From: a virus
Taxonomy: Duplodnaviria; Caudoviricetes
Direction: 5' to 3' (one strand)
Virus record (IMG/VR): IMGVR_UViG_3300028603_000018
Location: 128,001-192,000 of that record
DNA length: 64,000 nucleotides
This document shows positions 56,466 through 64,000 of the stretch, in pieces. A program made the translations under genes and the position numbers. Within the stretch, counting starts at the first letter, position 1, and every line of letters starts with the position of its first letter. The notes beneath the pieces are model-generated. The model worked only from the letters and a program-made list of their open reading frames with translations, did not search any database and was not told where the DNA came from.

Positions 56466-58550
56466 ATGAGGGATTTAAACATAATGAGTGCTATAACACT
56501 AAAGGCTAGAAAGCTATTAGGTGTTCCTACAGAAGTATTATGGGAAACTCTGAACGGGGAATTCTATTTAGAGTTTGATGATGGTGTTATCTTAGCTGAC
56601 GAAGCTAGTACTATCTATAGTTCTTATATCTGGAAATTCATCAGTAAGTTCCCAGATATCCCATTTCTTAAAAAACATCATATCAACTCTCATCTTGGTA
56701 AGAGCCTATTGTCAGTTGAAGCCAACGGTAGACTTTTTGATAGTGTACTTTGGGATGTTTTTGATTGGGCTGTCTATGGAGTTGATCCAAGGAACGAAGA
56801 TCTTAAAAGTAGAGTTCCTGACCCCAGTACTGCTAAGCTTAACGTATTGGAGTTTAAAGAAGAGTTAGCTGAAACTGCTTGGGGGACATTAAATGAGATG
56901 TATAACGATCTAAGCGTTCGTTGTGAGCCTTGGGTCGTAGGCATTAGCATTAATGATCTTGTTGAAGTAACTCAACATAATCCAATTAAAGAAGTGTTAG
57001 AAGGTTTCTTACCTCCTGTACAGGAATCTTTGGATAAGATCTATGATACCCTAGATGAAGCACTCTTTAATGATCCGAAGCTAGAGAACAATATCCTTTC
57101 TCGTTTAGTTCGATCTGGTTTGATTAATAAGAACCAGTTACAGCAATGCGTAGGAGCACGAGGTTTTATTACTGATATTGACTCTAGTCTATTTAGACTT
57201 CCTATTCTTCGTAACTTAACTCAAGGTATTCGATCAGCTTATGATTCACAAATTGAATCTAGGAGTGCTGCTAAGTCACAAGCTTATTCAGAAGAACCTC
57301 TAGAGCAATCAGAATACTTCTCTCGTAGGCAGCAATTGATCTCACAGACACTGAAAAATCTAGTAGAAGGTGATTGTGGTGCGAAAGAAGGATTAGGTTG
57401 GAACGTTGGGGAGGATGACTTAAAGCATCTAGTAGGAAAGAACTATTACGATGATGAAGGAGTGCTTCGATATATTAAAAGCAGTGATAAACATCTTATT
57501 GGTAAGACAATTACTTTAAGATCTCCTTTTAAATGCCAAACCACGCATCCTACAGGCATTTGTAGTACGTGTATGGGTCAACTAGCACTCTCTGTATTTA
57601 GACTCTCTAACGTGGGTCAGGACACAGCTGTATCGATGCTCTCTGATGTAGGTCAGCGAGTATTGTCTGTAAAGCACTTGGATGGTTCAAGTGTTGTAGA
57701 TTCTCTTACAGTTGATCTAGAGACTCGTAAGTACATCAGAGTAGGTAAGGATGGGTCGAGTTATTATCTATCTCCTGATCTAAAGAATGCAAGTAGCATT
57801 GAGTTAGTCTTTAGTCCTTATACTGTTCCAGGCTTTACGGATATTAAACAATGTAAAGATACTAGTGATCTTTTCTTATCACGCGTCTCTAGGATGAATT
57901 CTTTAGGGATGATTGTTAAAGAAAGAAATCGAGTTATTGAAGTTGCTTTAGATGTCGGTTTAGCTAAACGTAAAGCTTCCCTTGCTTTTGATGTGATTAA
58001 TCTCATTAAAGAAAGAGGTTGGAAAGTTGTCCAGACTGAAGCTGGTGATACTGTCTATGTAGTTGATATTACTGGTCTAGATCAGAATACGAAGTTACTT
58101 ACAGTGCCATTACGTCACTTTAACATGGGTGATCAAGCAAAAGCTATTGCTGCTTTACTAGAGTCTAAAACTGGAGCAGTTAAAGAACGAGATGAAGACA
58201 CACCTATCTCGGAATTTATTGCTGAGCTATATGAGACAGTTAATAGCCGCCTCTCTGTTAACTTTGCGGTACTTGAAGTAATTACCTACAGTATCATGAT
58301 TGTCTCAGCTAAGGGTGAGGATTATTCATTACCAAAACCCTGGACACAATCTGGGTTAGGTGTTAAGGATAGGACCTTTAGACGCCGTAGTGCTTCTGTT
58401 GAGATGGCTTATCAAGGACAGCAGTTTGCTATTAAAGATCCAGTTAGGTATAACTATACTAATGTCATGGATCATCAAATGGATGTCTTTATTGATCCTC
58501 AGTCTGTTGTTGAGAGGGAAGCTAAGATGGAGAAAAATAACCAGCGATGA
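56466..58550 (+). CDS. nvRNAP beta-prime C-terminal subunit (phiKZ gp74-like)
   Basis: GARG, SEYFSRR, DCG, LRSPFKC...ICSTCMG Zn site and QRVLSVKH. Confidence 0.9.
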   Translation: MRDLNIMSAITLKARKLLGVPTEVLWETLNGEFYLEFDDGVILADEASTIYSSYIWKFISKFPDIPFLKKHHINSHLGKSLLSVEANGRLFDSVLWDVFDWAVYGVDPRNEDLKSRVPDPSTAKLNVLEFKEELAETAWGTLNEMYNDLSVRCEPWVVGISINDLVEVTQHNPIKEVLEGFLPPVQESLDKIYDTLDEALFNDPKLENNILSRLVRSGLINKNQLQQCVGARGFITDIDSSLFRLPILRNLTQGIRSAYDSQIESRSAAKSQAYSEEPLEQSEYFSRRQQLISQTLKNLVEGDCGAKEGLGWNVGEDDLKHLVGKNYYDDEGVLRYIKSSDKHLIGKTITLRSPFKCQTTHPTGICSTCMGQLALSVFRLSNVGQDTAVSMLSDVGQRVLSVKHLDGSSVVDSLTVDLETRKYIRVGKDGSSYYLSPDLKNASSIELVFSPYTVPGFTDIKQCKDTSDLFLSRVSRMNSLGMIVKERNRVIEVALDVGLAKRKASLAFDVINLIKERGWKVVQTEAGDTVYVVDITGLDQNTKLLTVPLRHFNMGDQAKAIAALLESKTGAVKERDEDTPISEFIAELYETVNSRLSVNFAVLEVITYSIMIVSAKGEDYSLPKPWTQSGLGVKDRTFRRRSASVEMAYQGQQFAIKDPVRYNYTNVMDHQMDVFIDPQSVVEREAKMEKNNQR

Positions 58551-60079
58551 AATCCTTTAGAATCACTACAAGTAGTCATGGTTTTAAAGTAGATGGTATT
58601 TGTGACTCTAGAGCTACTGAAGCGATTCATGAATTTTTAAGAAGTTTGCTGCAATATGGTCTTATCAAAGTGGGAAGGCATTTCGTTAGAAAGCCAGTTA
58701 AGACCTTTGCAGCAAGTAATGCTTCTAGAAATTATTATCGATTCCACATCAATGACTTAAAAGCTTTCTTAAGTCATATGGCTGAATATGGTTTCAAAGA
58801 AAATAACTATACCATCATTAATACTCCACTTTATGAACCTAGGTATGTAGAACTCCCACTTAAACCCAAATGGAAAGCTAGGGAAAACCAAATCACAGCA
58901 ATTGATTATGTTGCTGATGAAACAAATGGACCTGCATGTAAACTCATCCCAGCTCAACCAGGGTTTGGGAAAGGTTTAATTTCCATGATGGGTATTTCTG
59001 CTGTAGGTGTCTTTGCTATTTATCTTCTACGTCCGATGTATATGGATAAATGGAGAGAAGAGTTAGAAGATACTTATGACATCGACCCTTCTGAAATCAT
59101 TACCATTCAAGGCAATGGTGAACTAAAGAAGATGTTAGACCAGCAGAAAAAGAAAGAGTTTTTTGGTAAAGTTGTTGTCATTAGTAATAAGACTTACCAA
59201 GCTTGGTTAAGTAAGTACGAAAAGTTAGGTCATAAGAAATTCTTAAAGCTCTACCCATGCACACCAGAGAATTTCTTTGAGTTTATGAAAGCAGGTTTTC
59301 GATTAATTGATGAAGGTCATCAAGACTTCCATCTAAATTGTAAAATCGACTATTATACAAACGTACCTAACTCTATTACTCTTACTGCTACACTAATTAC
59401 AAAAGACCCTTTTCTTAGGAAAAGGATGGATGTGCATTATCCTAAAGATAGGCAATGTAAAGTAGAGCAGATTAATAAGTACATTGATTCATCTGCTTAC
59501 TTCTACCAATTCAAACATCCTGAAAAAATAAGGACAACGGAATTTGGTAGTCCCAACTATTCTCACCTAGCTTTTGAGGCTTCTATCTTACAAAAACCTC
59601 AGATTAGAGATAATTACTTCGAAATGATTAAACTCTTAGTCGATGTAGATTTCTTTAAGATCAAAGAAGAAGGGGAGAAGTTTGTCGTCTTTTGTTCTAA
59701 GATTGACTTTAGTAGAGAGTTATGTGCTTATTTACGGAAAGTCTACCCAAGTGTAGATATTAGAACTTATGTTGAAGATGATCCTTACGAGAATCTAATT
59801 GACCCTGTAGGACGTGTGACGACTTATGGTTCAGCAGGTACAGCGCAAGACATCCCAATGTTAAGAACTAATATTAATACCATTGCAATGGATTCATTAG
59901 CGGGTAATATCCAAATCTTAGGTAGAACTCGTGTAATGAAAAGTGGTAATACGCCACGGTATGTTTATCTCGTAGCTGAAAACATTGATAAGCATATTAC
60001 TTATCATAATGGTAGGAAAACCATGTTAGAAGAACGCGCTCGTAGTTTTAGAGTTCGTTGGCATGATAAACCTATTTAA
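58547..60079 (+). CDS. Superfamily 2 helicase (phiKZ gp75-like)
   Basis: Q motif ENQ, PGFGKG, DEGH, TAT and QILGRTR. Confidence 0.88.
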   Translation: MKSFRITTSSHGFKVDGICDSRATEAIHEFLRSLLQYGLIKVGRHFVRKPVKTFAASNASRNYYRFHINDLKAFLSHMAEYGFKENNYTIINTPLYEPRYVELPLKPKWKARENQITAIDYVADETNGPACKLIPAQPGFGKGLISMMGISAVGVFAIYLLRPMYMDKWREELEDTYDIDPSEIITIQGNGELKKMLDQQKKKEFFGKVVVISNKTYQAWLSKYEKLGHKKFLKLYPCTPENFFEFMKAGFRLIDEGHQDFHLNCKIDYYTNVPNSITLTATLITKDPFLRKRMDVHYPKDRQCKVEQINKYIDSSAYFYQFKHPEKIRTTEFGSPNYSHLAFEASILQKPQIRDNYFEMIKLLVDVDFFKIKEEGEKFVVFCSKIDFSRELCAYLRKVYPSVDIRTYVEDDPYENLIDPVGRVTTYGSAGTAQDIPMLRTNINTIAMDSLAGNIQILGRTRVMKSGNTPRYVYLVAENIDKHITYHNGRKTMLEERARSFRVRWHDKPI

Positions 60080-60085
60080 ATGAAA

Positions 60086-60124
60086 GCATAATAGGAGATC
60101 CCAAAAGGATCTCCTATTTATGAC
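60086..60124. repeat. 39-nt palindromic repeat, type B copy 3
   Basis: 1 mismatch to 24875-24913. Confidence 0.85.
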
Positions 60125-60158
60125 TTGTTATTAATAAACATTGAAAAAGGTAAAATAA

Positions 60159-60449
60159 ATGACTAATGAATTTGTAGAAGTTCAATTTGACATCACCGGT
60201 CGTATTCGTCAGAAAGTAAGACTCACTGATCCCAATATGACATTGGTTGAATTTGAAACAGGTTTAAAAACCGGAGATATTCTCCCTTCTATCTGTTATG
60301 GTAGTACGGATAGTGAAAGCCATTACGTACAATTTAGAAAAGATGGAGAAGTCTCGGACTCTTTTGTAATTGTCATAGTAGGAGTTGTAGAAGCAACCGA
60401 TGTGGATTCTGATACGGAATACAGTCAGTTTGATGTCGAGGTTATCTAA
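60159..60449 (+). CDS. Hypothetical protein, 96 aa
   Basis: AAGGT RBS and downstream terminator at 60463-60510. Confidence 0.65.
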   Translation: MTNEFVEVQFDITGRIRQKVRLTDPNMTLVEFETGLKTGDILPSICYGSTDSESHYVQFRKDGEVSDSFVIVIVGVVEATDVDSDTEYSQFDVEVI

Positions 60450-60588
60450 TAATAGAGAAGCATTATAGGGATGACTCTAGTCTCCCTATAATACCACCTT
60501 TCTTTTTTTTATTTAAATAATTAAATATAACAATATTTGAACCTATGAACGAAGTTATATATTTTTATTTTAATAAGGTCAAAAAGAT

Positions 60589-61230
60589 ATGGCATTTACT
60601 ACTCAATTCTCTATTCATACTTCACCCTATCTTAATCCACTTGATGCAAAGAGACAGGCTTTTAGTGTAGAGGCAGATAATCGGAAAGAAGCTTTAAAAG
60701 AATCTCTTAATAAAATCATTGATGAGTTAGATGATGAAACAATCAAACAACCCAGCATCACTCTAAACATTATCTATGCAGAAGAGAATGATAAAGAAGA
60801 TTTCTACGTAGCTTATTTTGATTTTAAGAAAGACTCTTATCTAGATATTAAGAGTTCTATTCTTATTCCTCATACCTTCACTACATTAGCTCCTGAGGAA
60901 ATCATCTCTATTAAGTTTAAGAAGCTCTCTGTTAAACCAAGTGAACAATCATTATGGGTAGATGAAGAAGGTTCTATGTTCATCAGTAATTATCCTAATG
61001 TTTATTTTAATAGAAATGATCTTCCTGTAGAGAACTTTGACTATGACTTCAATGTCTATTATGATTTAGCCATGTTCAAAGGACTAACTAATGTTGAGTC
61101 TTACAATTATGAAGTACCTGTTCTCTATCAGAAGCGAGTAGATAAAGCCATTGCATTTACTACTCGTATTAAAGAAGCGGCTACTTTAGCCCAAGTACCT
61201 GAGAGTGTTATTAAAGAAGTGTTTGGTTAA
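60589..61230 (+). CDS. Hypothetical protein, 213 aa
   Basis: TAAGGT RBS and downstream palindrome at 61246-61283. Confidence 0.7.
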   Translation: MAFTTQFSIHTSPYLNPLDAKRQAFSVEADNRKEALKESLNKIIDELDDETIKQPSITLNIIYAEENDKEDFYVAYFDFKKDSYLDIKSSILIPHTFTTLAPEEIISIKFKKLSVKPSEQSLWVDEEGSMFISNYPNVYFNRNDLPVENFDYDFNVYYDLAMFKGLTNVESYNYEVPVLYQKRVDKAIAFTTRIKEAATLAQVPESVIKEVFG

Positions 61231-61429
61231 AAGGTATAAATAGAAGGCATAATTAGGAGTCCTTTAGGACTCCTCTTTTTGCCGTATTCTAGACTATTTT
61301 AAATCTATATCACTAACATGATAGAACTGGTCAAGCTGTCTTTCTTATATAAAGAGGTTAGGTCTGGATATTCGTGGTATCCAGACCTATGACCCACCTC
61401 TACACTTCTTTACTACAAAGGAGATAAAA

Positions 61430-61657
61430 ATGAATATACACTATTCAGGTTTACATAGTATTATACTAAAACCAAATGAAAAAACTAAAATCCCTGTTCA
61501 CATCATCACGTTAAGTAATTACAATGCGGATGAATTCTTAGATTATATTACAGATCAAATCCATCAAAACAATATATTGAATATTCATTACAATATTGAA
61601 AATCAAAGTACTGATCAACTGAGATACAAACCTCCTGCCTTTAGACAGAGGTGTTAA
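61430..61657 (+). CDS. Small hypothetical protein whose C-terminus was replaced by the TnpB element
   Basis: AAGGAG RBS. Codons after GAT 61613-61615 run through the left-end hairpin. The reconstructed empty site reads STD-WNCLRY-stop. Confidence 0.6.
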   Translation: MNIHYSGLHSIILKPNEKTKIPVHIITLSNYNADEFLDYITDQIHQNNILNIHYNIENQSTDQLRYKPPAFRQRC

Positions 61658-62979
61658 TATAATTAGGACATTTAAATGACTACTATTACTAAAGGTTATA
61701 AGTTTAGGTTAGAACCTAACCAAACACAACGTGACCTCTTAGTGAGGTCATTTGGTCATACGAGATTTGTATGGAATGAACTTTTAGCTCAATCTAAGAT
61801 TCAATATGAGCTACACAAATTTAATGGGTTAGTAGATAAACCTAATTTGAATGAAATTGAATTAGTAAATAAGATTACTAATCTAAAACTCTTTCATCCG
61901 TGGTTAAGTGAAGTATCTAACGTAGCACTACAACAAAAGGTCCGAGACCTCGCTTCAGCTTATCGACATTGTTTTCGTAATCTCAAACAAGGTAAAATAG
62001 CTTTTCCTAAGTTTAAAAAGCGTAATAATCGTAATAGTTTTCGATTAACTAAAAATGGGTTTAGACTTAAAGATGGTGAACTCTATATCGCTAAGTGCGA
62101 CCAACCACTAAAAGTCAGGTGGTCTAGAGACTTGCCTTCTGAGCCTTCTAGTTGTACTATTAGTCAGGAACCCGATGGATCTTATTATGTCTCTTTTGTC
62201 TGTCAGGTAGATCCTAAACTTACGAATGGAGTAAAGCAAACAGGGATTGATTTAGGTCTTACAGATTTTGCAATATTGTCTGATGGAGGGCGGATAGCGA
62301 ATAATCGCTTTTTAGTTCAAGCCTTAAACCAGTTAAAACGCGCACAGAAAACACTGAGTCGTCGTAAAAAGGGTTCTAAGAACCGGAATAAAGCTAGAAT
62401 TAAAGTCGCTAAACTCTACCAGAAAGTCACGAATCAAAGAAATGACTTCTTACATAAACTCTCTCGTAAACTAGTGAACGAGAACCAAGTGCTAGTAGTA
62501 GAGAGTTTGAATGTGGGCGGGATGATTAAGAACCGTCATTTAGCTAGAGGTATTTCGGATGTTAGTTGGAGTAGGTTTATAGGTTATTTAACTTATAAAT
62601 CTAAAGAATCACATCACTGCTCTTTGTTAATGATGGACCCTTTTTATCCTTCGAGTAAACTCTGTGGAAGTTGTGGAGTGAAGTATGAGAATCTAAAACT
62701 TTCTGAACGTCAATGGACTTGTTTTAATTGTCATACTACTCATGACAGGGATCTCAATGCAGCTCGTAATATTCTAGCTAAAGGTTTAGAAACCTTTAAA
62801 AACCTATCTCCAGATTATAGCTGGCTGTCTATACCAGTTATATGTAATAGGTTTAATTAGTAGTAAATTTACCGTAGGGACTACGGGAGTTGGTCTAAAG
62901 ACCAACTAAGCTCATGGAGAGGCTGTAGTTTAACCTCAGTGAAGTGAGAACCCTCCTCGTTTACGGGGAGGAGGTTCAA
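61616..62979 (+). mobile_element. IS200/IS605-family element with TnpB only (IS1341-like), no tnpA
   Basis: Begins after CTGAT; left hairpin 61630-61652; right hairpin ccctcctcgtttacggggagg; ends TTCAA; no target duplication. Confidence 0.8.
61676..62860 (+). CDS. tnpB: TnpB RNA-guided endonuclease
   Basis: YKFRLEP...FGHTRFVWN helix-turn-helix, RuvC-I GIDLG, RuvC-II VESL, Zn ribbon CGSC/CFNC and RuvC-III DRDLNAARNI. The catalytic D-E-D triad is intact. Confidence 0.95.
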   Translation: MTTITKGYKFRLEPNQTQRDLLVRSFGHTRFVWNELLAQSKIQYELHKFNGLVDKPNLNEIELVNKITNLKLFHPWLSEVSNVALQQKVRDLASAYRHCFRNLKQGKIAFPKFKKRNNRNSFRLTKNGFRLKDGELYIAKCDQPLKVRWSRDLPSEPSSCTISQEPDGSYYVSFVCQVDPKLTNGVKQTGIDLGLTDFAILSDGGRIANNRFLVQALNQLKRAQKTLSRRKKGSKNRNKARIKVAKLYQKVTNQRNDFLHKLSRKLVNENQVLVVESLNVGGMIKNRHLARGISDVSWSRFIGYLTYKSKESHHCSLLMMDPFYPSSKLCGSCGVKYENLKLSERQWTCFNCHTTHDRDLNAARNILAKGLETFKNLSPDYSWLSIPVICNRFN

Positions 62980-62999
62980 TGGAACTGTCTTAGATATTG
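62865..62999 (+). ncRNA. Predicted TnpB reRNA/omegaRNA scaffold plus guide (guide about 62980-62999)
   Basis: Hairpins ccgtag-gga-ctacgg and gttggtct-aa-agaccaac, then the right-end hairpin and TTCAA, followed by flank tggaactgtcttagatattg. The 5' end is uncertain. Confidence 0.72.
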
Positions 63000-63088
63000 A
63001 GATGTGTCAGAGTAGTTGAAAACAAGAAAAATAAAAGAGAGGGTCTAAACAGACTCTCTCTTTCAACACTTCTTTTTTTTTTTATTTA

Positions 63089-64000
63089 CTACATCAACTG
63101 TTTTTTAGGATCATACTTAGTTGTAGCAAGTGCTGTACCATGCATAGATTTCATTACGATGTTCATAAAGCGGTTCCCAATTGCAGTGATAGCAGAGCCA
63201 ATAGAAGTGGGATCAGCAGCTTGCTTAACACCTACACAAGTAGCACAATAGTCGGTATGTTTTTTAGTACAATAAATAGGACTACGCACTTGTAAGACTT
63301 TACCTAAGTATTGCTCAGTGACTTCTTCAGTAATAGGTTTAGTTTTAGCATCTGTCTCATCGATATAATAAAAGCCAATTAACTCTTTCGATGTCAAGTT
63401 ACTTATTTCAATAGGTAGTCCAAAACGTGTACCGCAATCATCACCCACTACGTTAGCATTACTAAAGGCACGTAAAAGCCATTTTGCCAATTCACCACCT
63501 AATGCAGTCTCCACACCCCGAGAATATGAACCTGATCGGATATTATTAGCGTAATCAGTAAAACGAGTTAAATCCCAACCTTCAGATAAAGATTGTTTGA
63601 TAGGCGTAGCTTTAGGATCTACAACCAATCCTCCTTCTTTACCTGTAAACATGTAAAGCTTTTTCCTAATAACAGAAACATCTTTACCAGCAGTTAATAA
63701 ACCTTCTGAAGGATCACCCTTACGATAAGCTTTATCTAACGCTTCTAGTTCTTTACTAATAGCAGCTTCTACAGCAGGAATATGCAACTGTCCTTCATAT
63801 TTAGCAAATAACTCATCTCTTTTTTCTTTCATTCCTGGGATAGATCGTAAACTCTTCTCAGTATCGCCAGGTGTAAAGAGTAAAGCAAATTCACTAAACA
63901 TAAAAACTGCTTGAAAATATCTCTCAACATCATCGTAGTATAAATGCTGAGGATTTCTTTCTACACCAGGAGGAGGAAGAGGTTGTAGTAAGGCGGGAAT
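63089..64000 (-). CDS. Virion RNAP beta-prime middle subunit (phiKZ gp80-like), 5'-truncated by the window edge
   Basis: RSGSYSRGVETALGG bridge-helix-like segment, DDCGT, RSPIYC...CATCVG and MKSMH. The frame is open to position 64000. Confidence 0.82.
   Translation of the reverse strand: MPALLQPLPPPGVERNPQHLYYDDVERYFQAVFMFSEFALLFTPGDTEKSLRSIPGMKEKRDELFAKYEGQLHIPAVEAAISKELEALDKAYRKGDPSEGLLTAGKDVSVIRKKLYMFTGKEGGLVVDPKATPIKQSLSEGWDLTRFTDYANNIRSGSYSRGVETALGGELAKWLLRAFSNANVVGDDCGTRFGLPIEISNLTSKELIGFYYIDETDAKTKPITEEVTEQYLGKVLQVRSPIYCTKKHTDYCATCVGVKQAADPTSIGSAITAIGNRFMNIVMKSMHGTALATTKYDPKKQLM

Noticed and set aside
10236-60079. Inteins in the terminase, DNA polymerase, RNAP subunits or helicase
   Set aside because: Sizes are normal, and no C...HN-[CST] junctions or LAGLIDADG blocks were seen.
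794-61283. Palindromic repeats as a CRISPR array or a true integron
   Set aside because: The copies are dispersed with no regular spacers, there is no cas gene or integrase in the window, and no attC core sites were recognised.
40677-61615. Introns 2 and 3 and the TnpB element all insert after a GAT codon
   Set aside because: The mechanisms differ (U-G wobble at Asp-rich motifs versus a TnpA target motif), so this is most likely coincidence.
61616-62979. IStron (group I intron fused to TnpB)
   Set aside because: Only 60 nt separate the left end from tnpB, and there are no P, Q, R or S elements.
1812-63251. Short antisense or nested ORFs in the track (e.g. 1812, 3198, 4061, 17324, 36827, 37601, 46792, 55321, 62997)
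   Set aside because: They overlap well-supported genes, introns or terminators and have no recognisable RBS or motifs, so they are treated as shadow ORFs.
1-64000. Stop-codon reassignment or tRNA genes
   Set aside because: Core genes are intact under the standard code and end in TAA, TAG and TGA. No cloverleaf with a T-loop was noticed by eye; tRNAscan was not run.

Overview
This 64-kb window is part of an AT-rich phiKZ-like, nucleus-forming jumbo phage genome (Chimalliviridae). It holds the conserved core: tail tube and sheath, three large virion proteins, large terminase, PhuZ tubulin, the polymerase half of the family B DNA polymerase, chimallin, the non-virion RNA polymerase (nvRNAP) block with probable ChmC, gp68-like and PicA genes, an SbcD-like nuclease, an SF2 helicase and a truncated virion RNAP subunit. 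phiKZ gp numbers are assigned from motifs, size and recalled gene order, not from database searches. The top finding is that the NADFDGD catalytic motif of the nvRNAP beta-prime subunit is split by two back-to-back ORF-less group I introns (40279-40676 and 40680-41066). Between them is a 3-nt micro-exon (GAT, 40677-40679) that encodes the first catalytic aspartate. Other notable items: a third group I intron with an HNH gene in its P1 loop; a TnpA-less TnpB element whose ends, insertion motif, guide and empty site can be read from the sequence; a LamG-like gene switched off by a C9 tract; a 2172-aa protein with eight tandem repeats; a roughly 300-nt fold-back with GCGAAGC mini-hairpins upstream of the DNA polymerase (origin or ncRNA candidate); and a dispersed family of near-identical palindromes.
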